NCBI GenBank assembly: GCA_013115125.1
Contig: JABANN010000342.1
Span: forward strand, 1 to 37,234
Direction: 5' to 3'
Length of the DNA: 37,234 bases
Source: Perkinsus olseni
Taxonomy: Eukaryota
The position numbers and the translations under genes were made by a program. Shown in pieces: positions 10,705 through 21,997 of this stretch (positions are counted from its first letter, which is position 1; each line of letters starts with the position of its first letter). Under the pieces are notes generated by a model, which saw only the letters and a list, made by a program, of their open reading frames with translations, searched no databases and was not told the origin of the DNA.

Positions 10705-11447
10705 AGCGCTCACTACGTATGAGCCGCGCGGTTGGAAGCGCGCATCCGTGCCCCTCCTGATCGTGTCCTTCCTCTCGGCTACATTGATAGCCTCGTTTGT
10801 CCCCTTATTTCTTCGGGCAGGTTTCTATTGCCCTTTGACCAACTGTTTGTCTTTCTCCTACTACATACTTACTCTTCAATCATTGCGATGTTGTGTTACT
10901 GTCAGTTGCGAGCGTGTAGAAGTTCTCTGCTCTCCCGTTCAATAAACTGAATCTGGTATTCAGAATCGGTTCTGAGATTGTTTTGTTCGGCTAAACGGAA
11001 CGCGTTTACGAGACCCGATTCTGAGTTACAGAACTCGTTAATTGAACGACGCTCGGGCGTCTACATGGGCAATCGGTGGACAACCAGAGAACGACGGCTA
11101 CTGACTTGTCTATCAGACCTACGAAGTCGAGAGGGGCCCGTTGGTCAGTTCATATACCACTCAAGTACGCATTTTCCACTTGAAGTCCCACGACAATCAC
11201 TTTCTGGCCAATTTATGATTCCTAGTGTCCTGTGATTGGGAATCAGATCAATCCCTGCCCGTTCTGCGAGCAACTCTCTCGTTAAAAGCTAGCGTGCTGT
11301 GACCAAATTCTCAGCGCACTGTCCCCCATCGAGCTGGCTGGGCCAGCCAAGCTCGCCGCTTCGGCTGCCATCCCACAGGCTCAGCTGTGTTCGCTGAGGA
11401 TAGTGAGTTACCCCGTCTATTCCAGTTTTATCTTATTTTTTGGCCTT

Positions 11448-13416
11448 ATGCATTTTGCAACCATCTTGAGTGCAGCATTCGCTGCTCTTCTCATGTCCGG
11501 TTGCTCAGAATTGGACGAGTTGGAAATGACTACTACTGCCGGTTATCAGCCCTTGGGTGATGAGACCACTGAGGCGCCAAAAACCACTACTAGCACGACC
11601 ACTGCTGCTGCCAACTCTCGCGAAGTGATGACCAAGAACGGCCCCATTGTTGGTACTGTGACTCTCGCTGACATGAGGAAGCAACAGCCCATTCGCCAAG
11701 ACGTTGAGGTTTTCTACGGCATTCCTTTCGCCGAGCCTCCAGTTGGTGATCTCCGTTTCAAGGCTCCCAGGGAGTTCCTGAAAACTTGGGACGAGCCTGT
11801 TAACATGACGACTAAGAAGAGTATGTGTGTGCAGACTACCGGAAAGGGTGACGAAGACTGTCTCTATCTCAACGTCTACCGCCAATGCCACCGAGTCCTC
11901 GAAGCTCCCCGTGATGGCCTGGATTTACGGTGGCGGGTATGTCGCTGGTAACGCTCTCGGCTACGACGGCACTGCGCTGGCTGCCGAGCACAACTCCATC
12001 CGGGTCACGATGAAGTACCGGCTCGGACCCCTCGGGTTTTGGGGTTCCCCCGCTTCGTTCGAAGAGGAAGGCACGACTGGCAACTGGGGTCAGCTCGATC
12101 AGCAACAGGCTCTGAAGTGGATACAAAAGAACATCGCTGGCTTCGGCGGTGACAAGGACCGCGTTATGATTTTCGGCGAGTCGGCCGGTGCTTTCAGCGT
12201 GATGTGGCATCTTGCAGCACCCGGTAGCGCCGGGCTCTTCCACGCGGCGATTCTCGAGTCTGGAACCAGTCACACTGGTGCATTCTTCCAACAGCCCGAC
12301 GACGCCTACAAGTACTACGACTGGCTCGCACAGGAAGTCCTAGGTTGCAAGGATGGCAACGATCTGCAGTGCTTGCGTGATGCCGAAGCGACTAAGTTCA
12401 CTTTGCCCAAGGGGATTCGCTTCGACCCTGAGGCCGCTCCTGACTGGGCATCTCCTATTTTCCCGATAATGCCTGTTGGTCCAGTTATTGATGGCGTGGC
12501 CCTGCCCGACGTGCCCTTAGAAGTCGTTCGTGCTGGCAAGCACAACAAGGTGCCTACTATTGCCGGTGTTAACCACGACGAGGGAACCGCCTTCGTGCTG
12601 GCCCTGAAGGCCCTGGTCCCCAACGTGCCCGTAATACCGACTGAGAAGTCCGTGGAGGACACTATTTATTATGTATTGCAAGATGAAGCCGCGGTGAAGG
12701 AAGCTATGCAGCTTTACCCTGTAGATGAGTACGCCTCTGTTTACGGTAAAGAGAACCTCGGTTTTGAACTGGCAGCTGAGATGATCAGAGATGTCATCTT
12801 CCACTGCCCGACCATGGCTCTGGCCGAGGCCCTCTCCGATTAGGGAGGCGACAGCTACGTCTACGGCTTCGAAATGAACCCTCTGTTCCCGAAGATGATC
12901 GCCGACATCAACACTGGTGACATCCCCGGTATGAATTTCGGCAACTTTACCGTAAACCAGATTGGCACTTTCCACTCCGCCGAAATTCCCTTCGTTTTCA
13001 AGAGCTTCAGTGACAAGCCCGTTAGTAAGAAGAACCCGGACCTATTCGACTTGTATATGGGCCATCCGCCGCGCAGGCGTGGCGATGCCTATCATAAGGT
13101 CTCCGACAAGTTCTCCTGCATGTGGGCTAACATGGCCTCCGGTGGTTCGCCTCTCGATGGTGGTGCTGTTTGCCCTGCCGAGCCTGATCTTGTCGAGTGG
13201 GGTGAGTACATGGGCAGTGATGAGAACCCGTTAGGACAGTATCTTCATATTGGTAAGAAGACTACCGAGATGAGGAAGATCCGCGAAGATAACCAGTATC
13301 CTGATTCCGAGTTCCCCAACACTGAGATTTGCAAGTTTTGGGATGCCCATCCAATTGTCTTTCACAACTTGAGATCTGACTTGACTGCTACTACATCTAC
13401 CACCGTTCAAGTGTGA
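11448..13416 (+). pseudogene. Type-B carboxylesterase copy 3, disrupted
   Basis: Colinear with copies 1 and 2, but has a ~5-nt deletion frameshift at ~11880 (aacgtctac-c-gccaat versus N-V-x-R-P-A-N) and an in-frame TAG at 12841-12843 where copy 2 has CAG. Confidence 0.88.
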
Positions 13417-14012
13417 GCTGGAAGATTTTTTTGACCGCCGCTGTTTGACCTTCTCTGTTCTTGCAAGCGCAATCCAGAAGTGGCCAGCATTTATTGTCAA
13501 CTCCAACCACCAAGGTTTTCCTTGGATAGTTGTTCGGCTTCTCAAGGGCAAGGTGTCCTATGATTCGGGTTTTGCGTTACTGAGTGACAGTACATGTCTT
13601 GTTAAGCACGGATATCGTTCAGCTCGTGGAAGGAATCCAACGCTTGAGGCCGGGAGTGCAACGGAATAACTCCCCAGCCTCTGCACTGCCGAATCGGCCG
13701 CTGCCAAGTTGGTGACACCACTGGGTGTCACATCAGCGACCGACGGAGAAGAGATATGCGATGACTCCTTTCACCCAGGCAGCGTCGTAGATTTCGGGCC
13801 TCGTCTTGGTTTGGTCTGTATTTCGCAGATAGCTGACCCTCCAATATACCTCCAATTTGAGGCCGATAAGCCTCCAATATCTTTCGGTGGTCGCTGCGGC
13901 CTCCCGCGGGCGTGACTCTAGTCGCCGTCTTTTTCGAGCGCATGAGGTGAGTTCCTGATTGTGACTTCCTATAGATTTCCGAGACAATCGCGCGTGCACG
14001 ACATTCCGAATC

Positions 14013-14263
14013 GGGCCGCTATGCCAGAGGGGCTGGNNNNNNNNNNNNNNNNNNNNNNNNNNNNNNNNNNNNNNNNNNNNNNNNNNNNNNNNNNNNNNNN
14101 NNNNNNNNNNNNNNNNNNNNNNNNNNNNNNNNNNGGACGTAGTCATCTACTGCATGGGCCCGCTGTGCCAAAGGGGCTGGACGTAGTCATCTACTGCATG
14201 GGCCCGCTGTGCCAAAGGGGCTGGACGTAGTCATCTACTGCATGGGCCCGCTATGCCTAATGG
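14013..14263. repeat. 44-bp minisatellite spanning an assembly gap (N run 14037-14134)
   Basis: Unit ggacgtagtcatctactgcatgggcccgctgtgccaaaggggct occurs twice plus a partial copy after the gap, and a partial unit lies before the gap. Confidence 0.9.
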
Positions 14264-14431
14264 CCCAGAAGCATACTTAAGTATGATTTTCTCCTCGACC
14301 ACGGCGAATGAGCAATCACCGCCGGCTATTGGCCGCCTTTCAAAATTGCGATAAATCTCACATCGATTGGTGCCCCCTATGCAGCCGAACTCGGAAGTTG
14401 TCCCAGCGAAATCGGCTCCGAGCGATTTTCG

Positions 14432-14565
14432 TTCGACAGAAGCTTTCCTTATACATCGTAATGTACATGGTATATTCGCCACATCTCTCAGCACAAAGGG
14501 CTGTCATGCCAATAATACACAATTGTGGTCTTCAAAACTCTTCAACCGCCAGCTGCTGCAGTCCT
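14432..14565. repeat. Dispersed repeat R, copy 1 (others ~17960-18092 and ~21998-22160)
   Basis: Shared core agctttc...cgccac.tctc.ca.ca...gggctg...tggtctt...aactct...cagctgc. Confidence 0.8.
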
Positions 14566-15047
14566 CGTCAGGGAGCAAAATCGCAGAGCATCATCCTTCA
14601 ACAGCCAGCCGCATCAGTCTACATGACTGGCCCCGTTGCTAGTCCGATGGGATGTCCCGCTGATCGGCAGCGAGGACATCCAGGCGTTTTTCACAACAAT
14701 TCTCTCTCACAGGACTGTATTGTCCATGTTTCAGGTTTTTGGTCATGCCCTTCCGCGGGTGCGTTTCGGTCAACGGCGGCGTTGGTTACGATTGCAGCCA
14801 TCTGTGTGTCCGATTAAGTGGCGTTCACCATCGATGTAATTAGCAGCTTCTCATGGTCCACTCACCGTCGAGAGGCGGATCTCCACCGAGTTTCACAGCA
14901 CCCTACAGTACTGTGAAACTAGAACGCGCAGTTTCGCTGGACGAAAGTCTATACAGCATCACCATCTAGTGCTCCTTTGCCTACTACGTGCAGATAGCCC
15001 GCCTTGAACAGAGATGCGTTGTGTTTGGAGGCTGCTCCACGTTTGCC

Positions 15048-16070
15048 ATGCAGTTCAACTCGTCCCTCATCGCGATTAGCATCATCAATCGAGTATTCCT
15101 GCCCGTCTGCCTGTTGCTCCGCGGGGTCACACACGTTTCTGCTACAACAACACCTCGCAGAAGATGCCAGGCCTCGACCCACCCTTCTCAAGATGACCTT
15201 CCGTCCGGCGTGTACGACTCGGGAGCGCTGTCTCGTCTCGAACTGGGGAATATAACCTCGGTTCGTATGAGCGTTGAGCACTTGGACGATGTGTGTAGGG
15301 TGAATACTACCTTCACGGGTCGATTGTTCAGCAAGTCTTTCTACTATCCGGTCTATAAGCTGGCATCCACAACTCTATTGGCGAGTCTTCGACGGCGTGG
15401 GATCGCGAGGTGCTTCTACTTTCCGAAACCCTGTAATCACGAGATGTCAGCTTTAATTTCGTCGGAGACAGACTTGCAGAAACTGAGAGGTGTCAGCAGC
15501 GTTCTTCTGTGCACTGAGACGGGATCCACCAACAGCAAGGCGGATTTGGTACTCTACTTGGACGCCATTCGAGGGCCCCAAAAACACTTCATCGACCTCA
15601 GAGTGCCCGTGCATTTGACGCTTGGAGCCACTCGAAATGACAGCCCGTCTTCGTCTCCGTTGAGAGGAAAACGTGATACCCAGCAGCATAGCAGCGGGTC
15701 TTCATCCCCCCAGAGAGGAGCATCTGCGAATGTCGGTGAAGCCCCTAGGAAGCGGCCTCGCTTGACTCATACCAGTAGCAAACGTCTCAAAGACGGGCAC
15801 TATTATGATTTCTTTACCATAATTGATGTTAAAACCGGAGATGACGGAGGCCAGCGTGTTGAACTCACATCGACAACTGACGACCTGGAGTTGGTGATAA
15901 TCGATGGATTGTTGATTCCGGCGGAGGACCCTCTCGCCCCGGGCTGCTTCAGAATTGACGGAACAACGCGTTCGGGACTCCGCCTGTGCCCGAATGGGGA
16001 TGTCACGCTTATTTTGAAAGGCCTCGGACAAGATAGACCGTTGGTATTGGTTTCAAAGGTGCAGTTGTAG
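15048..16070 (+). CDS. Lineage-specific predicted secreted protein with an RKRPRL basic motif
   Basis: Intronless ORF with a hydrophobic N-terminus and a colinear paralog at 17053-17965 (DD.PSG, LVLYLDA, RKRPRLT, LTSTTDDLE, LIPA.D). No domain recognised. Confidence 0.75.
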   Translation: MQFNSSLIAISIINRVFLPVCLLLRGVTHVSATTTPRRRCQASTHPSQDDLPSGVYDSGALSRLELGNITSVRMSVEHLDDVCRVNTTFTGRLFSKSFYYPVYKLASTTLLASLRRRGIARCFYFPKPCNHEMSALISSETDLQKLRGVSSVLLCTETGSTNSKADLVLYLDAIRGPQKHFIDLRVPVHLTLGATRNDSPSSSPLRGKRDTQQHSSGSSSPQRGASANVGEAPRKRPRLTHTSSKRLKDGHYYDFFTIIDVKTGDDGGQRVELTSTTDDLELVIIDGLLIPAEDPLAPGCFRIDGTTRSGLRLCPNGDVTLILKGLGQDRPLVLVSKVQL

Positions 16071-17052
16071 TTGAGCAGGACTCCGTCTTCCTCTAACGAT
16101 GTAGTTGTAATGTACTTTGTCAGCGACGGTGCTGTTACTCCCATCCATCGCAGTGGGTCGATGAGTGATGGTTGTTCAAGTGGCACTTGGCAAGTGCATT
16201 GGCTTTGCCTTTTTTGAAATGTGCCCTGATGTCATCTATGATTTATAAACTGTGTTCGTTGTGATCACTTCTATTGTGTTCTGGTCCAATCACACCTTGT
16301 CATACCAGAACTGGGCTGTTAGAATCGGCATGGCTTCTCCATGACCGGTTGCAGCTGAGCGTACAAGTTGCCGGTCGGACCGGCGACTTGGACGAGTTCC
16401 CACCAGCAGTGGTGAGAACTTGTGCGTCTGCGTGCTAGTGTACGCAGGCACATGGCGAAGAACTAGGATCCTAACAACACCTTATGTATTGTCGAACTTG
16501 GTATGTAGATGGAAATATCGGAAGAGCTCGTATTCGTATGATATTAATATCGACGATACGTGCAGAAAGGTGCACTAAGTCATGGATTGCTCGTTATTAA
16601 GGACAGTTTCAATCGATAAGTGCAGAAATATGAAATTGCCGTTTGTGTATTGGTGTATTTGTATCTTACGCATTACCCTTATTGTGATGTACTGTAGCCG
16701 TGATGTAGTATTCTTCGCCATCTTCGAGCAGCCTTCTCGCCAGGTGAAGGATAGCCAGTATAGGAGTACAGCTGCGGGCTCGAAATTGTTGTCTGATATT
16801 GTATTATCGTCTAAATTAATAGAGATTTAATGGGTTTATTTTTTTCTATCAGAGCACTTTATCAGGTCTATGTTCCTACATGCAGACTGTTTGATGTTTC
16901 TGAAATAAGTGGTTAATAGAGGCCTCGTTCGGATAATGATAGAGGTATCTCGATTTTCCTAGACGGCATCCCTTTTTCCTATTAAAGCCGGGTCACGCTT
17001 GAAGGCTGTCTCACGTCTTCTATGCAGTTGAGGGCTCGTCCTGAATCGTACT

Positions 17053-17965
17053 ATGATCAACCCAAAATCACCATTCGTCAGTCTGCTGTTGCTTCTCTTC
17101 GCCGCAACGCACGGTTCTGCTACGACACTTGAACGCAGACCTCGCGGACCCGCGATTCAACCAGTTCGAGATGACATCCCTTCCGGTATTCACAGTTCGA
17201 GTTTGCCTGTACACTCTGGGCTTGGCAGTATCACAGCGCTTAGTCTGGGCGTGGGGCCTTCCGGCTATGCATGCGCGCTGAACTTGACTTTCTTTGGCCA
17301 ATTCTCCCCTATGTCTTTCAGATCGCCGCTTTATCATCTCGATGCCCTGGTCTGAGATTTCGTCAACCTTAGTGCTGCTACTTTTCGCGTTTTTGTACTC
17401 GTCAAATCTCGAATTTAATTTCGTCGGAAACTGGTAGACTCCGAGAGAGAGGTATCAATAGGGTCCTTCTGTGTTCGAGAAATGCATCCACCAGTAGGGA
17501 ACCAGAACTGGTGCTTTACTTAGATGCTGTCCGCGGGCGACGTAGTCAGTATGTAGAGTTCAACTTGCCGGTGGGGCTCGGCCATGGCGCTCTTCATACC
17601 AATGGAGACGGGGAGGGCTCCGATGGTCAGCCGGTCAGGAAGCGCCCGAGATTGACGCGTGTTAGTGGCAAAGCTATTAAAGACGGACAATACTCTGGTT
17701 TTCCACCGTTATGGGTGTGGAAACCGGCGAGGATGGACGTCAACATGTTGTACTCACATCGACCACTGACGACCTGGAGATGATTATCATCGGAGATGCC
17801 TTGTTGATTCCGGCTGATGACTATCTTACCACCGGCTTCTTCAAGCTGGGCGAAGCAGCGTATCCGGAACTTCGGGTGCGGCCGGATGGAAGGGATACGG
17901 TTATTTTGAGTGGCCTCGGGCATGATAGAAGGTTGATATTGGAAGCCGGGGCGCAGCTCCGATAG
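17053..17965 (+). pseudogene. Decayed paralog of the 15048-16070 secreted protein
   Basis: Homologous peptide blocks are split over ORFs 17053-17355, 17511-17783 and 17711-17965 by stops and frameshifts. Confidence 0.8.
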
Positions 17966-18092
17966 CAGCTTTCCTTATACATCGTGCTGTAAATGATATA
18001 ATCGCCACGTCTCGCACCACTGAGGGCTGCCATGCCAATATTACACTATAGTGGTCTTGAAAAAACTCTTCTCGTCATCAGCTGCGCCGGTC
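17960..18092. repeat. Dispersed repeat R, copy 2
   Basis: agctttccttatacatcgt is identical to copy 1, and similarity continues to cagctgc. Confidence 0.8.
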
Positions 18093-18613
18093 TTGTTAGT
18101 ATGAAATGTCGAATGTTCAGCTCTAGTTAAACAGAGCTCCCTTTTTGATGGAGATGTTACTGTCAACCTCGTACTCAGCTGTTTCGTGGGTGCCCGAGTC
18201 GCCCAGGGATAATCGACTTCTTCATACCTTCTCCGCAGTGGCTTCAGTGTAGATACCGTTATCTTCTCTTTATGCTATCGATTCCCGATTGAAACTGTCC
18301 TCAATAACGAGCAATACATGACTTAGTTATCACGTCATCCTGATGTCTTCATGCCTTCTCTTGATGTTATCACGACAGTCACTACCGGATAGTGCATGAT
18401 GCTCGTGAAGCTAGGATGAGGTTATTCTTGTCATGCTTGCGATGTTTATTTTATCAGTTACTCGAAACGATCTTTGGTTGGGTTCTAACAGTATCAATCA
18501 CCGTCGGTTTATCATTCGACCATTCTTTCGTAACAAGGTCGCGAGCGTTGAAGCTAATGATCGTTATTACGACCCACCCTTGTGGTTTGGAGTGAATGCT
18601 TCTCAGTTCATTG

Positions 18614-21380
18614 ATGAAGACAGGTGATGCTTCTGACTCCTCAGTAGCGACTAAAGTGATTGCCATTGACAACGGCGGAGGTCTGCTAAAGGCGGGGTTG
18701 GTGGACTCTGAGCACGAAGAGGGAGCTCTCCTCTATCCCGAAATTGTCATACCGAACGCTGTGGCACGAGCTCGACGCGGTGGGAAGGCCGGGAAGAATA
18801 AAGTGCTCGTCGGAAAGGAGATCATGGCGTGCCCGGAGTGAGTCACCGGGGAGTAGCTGATTCGGCATTGACCGGGCATTAGATTGGACAATACGACGGG
18901 AGTCGTTCACTATTGCTCTTGAGTTGTGGTAACATCTACGCAAGCTAGCAAGGTGCTCCGTAGAGGACTGTCCCGAGTGGAATTACAGAGCGAAACTGTC
19001 GCTTGTGTGCGACATCTCCTCGAATCGGGCTGCATCAGGTATACCATGACAAGACCCTCTCACAAGGGAATCGTTATTGACTGGGAGACGCAGAAGATTT
19101 TATGGGATGGGGTACTGCACGGCGGCCGACGACATCTTCCTGGGCTGCTCTCGAAGGTGATAGCGGGTTGAGAGTGCTCGAGTTCACTGTCGTTATAGAA
19201 CTACTCGGCCGCGACCGGCCGGGCTGGAAACTCGAAATCGTACATCAGGGATCGATCTCCTCCTATTAGAACCCGCTGTATGGTCGTGGTGTATTCGTTG
19301 TGCATCTTGTGTGATTCCTTCGATCGAGCATTTGTGAGTATCTCTCAGGGGTCTGACCTGTCCGACGTGACGGTCATCGTCTCCCAGCCGCTCTTCTGTC
19401 CTGTCATGGTCACCCGCGTCGGCATGCAAGTAGGTCGCGTCCAATATCTCGCCTCAGACCCAACGTCTCAGGTCCTCTTCGAAGACTTCGGCTTCGCTCG
19501 GGCAGTATTCGTTGACTCCCCGCTGTGCCTCCAGTTCAGTGAGAGTATAACATCACAGTTCGGCGAAGATGAGTGGAAGAACCCCTGCGGACTAATCGTG
19601 GACGCCGGCTTCAGCGGCTGTCGGGCGGTGCCTGTGTAGTGCTTGGGTGGAAGTGAAGCTCAAACAGTGAAGTTCATTCGTATTTTGCGATCCAGCTTAT
19701 CGGTGTAGATCTGGTCGTACAGTAGCTGACTGAGCAGCAGCGGATGGAATTATAGGAGTAGTATCTTTTGTTTAAGGTCGTACATCTAGTTACAGGAGTA
19801 CAATAGATTCAGAAAGGGGACGAAGAATTCAATTCGCACGCTTAAGGTTGATTCGGAAATCCTTCGTGCCTTGGACGTGGCTAGGGTTGTGCCCACGCGG
19901 TCGTTCAGGATGCGTGCGAGCATCAGGTACAACACGTACCCTCTCGAACGCTGCGCTCAGAGGATGGACGTCGGGGGTAGAGTTATGACCAACTACCTAA
20001 AGGAAGCTATAGCGTAATCGCACGCATTCCGTCTGGGGCTCATTTATGAGTATGCGACGCGCGTTCAGATACAACAAAGTTGATCTTGATGATGCGCCGC
20101 TTCTCGTTGAGCATATCCGCGAAAACATGTGTTACTCCGCCCAGGACTTCGTCGCCGAGGTTGAAGCCTCTCGGACATGTCCTGGCGAGACCACTCGACG
20201 GTACATCTTGCCTGATCATTCTTCGACGTCCAGTCACCTGGGAAGAGTCGTTGATCCTCGGCTTGGAGAGGACGTTAGTTCTAAAGATTTCATTGATATG
20301 AATCATGAGCGGATGGTGGCTTGTGAGGCCTTATGGCAGCCTGGGTCTATTGGAATCCTGCAAGCTGGGTTGGCTGAGATGGCGGCGCGGGCCGTGATGA
20401 AAGCTCCTGTTGCAACGAGATCGGCAGTCGCTAAGAAAGTACGCTTGTCGTTTGATGGTTTGCAAGAGTTCGAAGTCCAAGTTGTGTTTGTCGGTTGAAT
20501 AAGTTACCCGATGCAGGATTCGAACCTACGACCATCTGCTCCGTAGGCAGACATTCTATCCAGCTGAACTAATCGGGCTCTGAGAATGGTCGCCATGTGT
20601 CCATCGTCGTCTACCCGTCAGGTTATTCTGGGAGGCGGCCTTTTCCTCATTCCCGGAGTCTTAGAGAGGTTCAAGGCGGAGTTGCAGTCTAATCTGCCCG
20701 TGGAGATCGCCAGCGAGGTCAAGTTCTTCGCTGAGGAGGATGGAAGATATGACCTGTCTGTTTGGAGGGGCCTCCACACTCTCGGTGAGCGCCTGCTGGC
20801 ATGTGCTCGGCCAAATTCTATCTCGTTGTGGATTCGCTTTTCGTCGCCAATTCCGTCGCTCACGTTTCCGTGGGGTCATCAGTTAGAGTGTTCAAACAGT
20901 GACCCCATGTGAAGATAGAAACTCTGATTCGGAGCGTCCTGAGTATCGACAGCTGTTAGCTGATCCGTGTGAGTCACTCAGGCTGCGAGGGTTACCTTCT
21001 GCATAATATTGGGACCATCGCCGTTCTCTCGTGGCTGTTGTCTAGGAATCCAGAGACTCGCTGCTCAGATGGTGTCGACCCAGGGTCGTGATGAAATGAA
21101 TTTTCTCGCAGGCCAAATTTTGACACTTTCGGACCGCCTATGGTAGTGCATACTCTCACGATGAGAGAGTTTTTCTACTTCAGGTTCCTCTGAGGAGGAC
21201 TTAGCGCATTTGGGGTTGTTCAACCGAGACACTTGGTTGGCTGCTGCCAAGAAGGCATCACCAAATGGTCATCCCACGGTAGAGCAGAGCGCGTCCACGC
21301 CGAAAGGAAGCTCTCGCCGAGGCTCCAAGAAAAGTCCTAGCCAGTCTAGTCGAAAGAGAAAACGTAAGAAAGAAGAGTGA
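18614..21380 (+). CDS. ARP6: Actin-related protein 6-like (nuclear Arp), about 8 exons
   Basis: Spliced blocks VIAIDNGGGLLKAG, IPNAVAR, RPSHKGIVIDWETQKILWD, LFEDFGF, GLIVDAGFS, RMDVGGRVMTNYLKE, IRENMCY, YILPD, ERMVACEALWQP..IGILQAGLAE, ILGGGLFLIPG..ERFKAEL, SVWRG. The last exon 21184-21380 has a basic tail (RKRKRKK). Confidence 0.85.
20505..20578 (-). tRNA. tRNA-Arg(ACG), antisense within Arp6 intron 20439-20621
   Basis: Reverse strand reads GCCCGAT TA GTTC AGCTGGATA GAAT G TCTGC CT-ACG-GA GCAGA TGGTC GTAGG TTCGAAT CCTGC ATCGGGT A. All four stems pair. Confidence 0.92.
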
Positions 21381-21529
21381 GTTTTCAACCCCCTCACTTG
21401 CGTTGAGTGCATCAACGGAACTTTCGGGATGAGTGGGGATTCGCCCAGAGCACCGTTATCTGGCAGGCCTCAGCCGGCTTCCACAAGCTCACTCGACCTC
21501 GTGCCGAGATTGCTAGGCAGTGTGCCATA

Positions 21530-21952
21530 ATGAGCTCCCCCTTCGCCTTCCTCCGGGAGTACTTCACGGATCTCATGCCCGATCCGAGCACCTGTATTGG
21601 GAGGTGCAACACGGCGTCTGATGTGCGGGAGTCTGAGAAATTCACCGACATATACTCCTACCGCTCGTGAGTGTCATCGGATGGGACGTCTTAGAGGGCT
21701 TAGGGAGTCCTCTCAAAGTTACTTTCTGATGCCTTTAGAGGCCTCATCCAAATGCCTCATACCACTCCTCGACGAAATCATGGTCCCCGAGACGCCGAGT
21801 GTCTCAGGTTCTGTCATAAGGCCTGTGCGGCGGACGAGAGCGAGGTTCGGGATATGCGAGGGTGTGAGGAGTTCTGTCTCAAACTGTGCTTCCGAGATAA
21901 CATCGTAGAGGACACTAACACTAATGTTAATTACGTGGTGCTGGAAAGGTGA
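21530..21952 (+). CDS. Small Cys-rich hypothetical protein (exons 21530-21666, 21739-21952)
   Basis: A GTGAGT...TTTAG intron joins the frames: MSSPFAFLREYF...CIGRC...YRSGLIQMPH...CLRFCHKAC...CEEFCLKLCF...VLER*. Confidence 0.65.
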
Positions 21953-21997
21953 CATATCCTAATGGCGTCCATGGACATGGGCCGCCATCGACTGCTA

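Noticed and set aside
12841-12843. TAG reassignment or readthrough in esterase 3
   Set aside because: The same gene also has a frameshift, and TAG serves as a normal stop at 2806, 16070 and 28705.
14135-14263. CRISPR-like array
   Set aside because: The units are contiguous with no unique spacers, there are no cas genes, and the context is eukaryotic.
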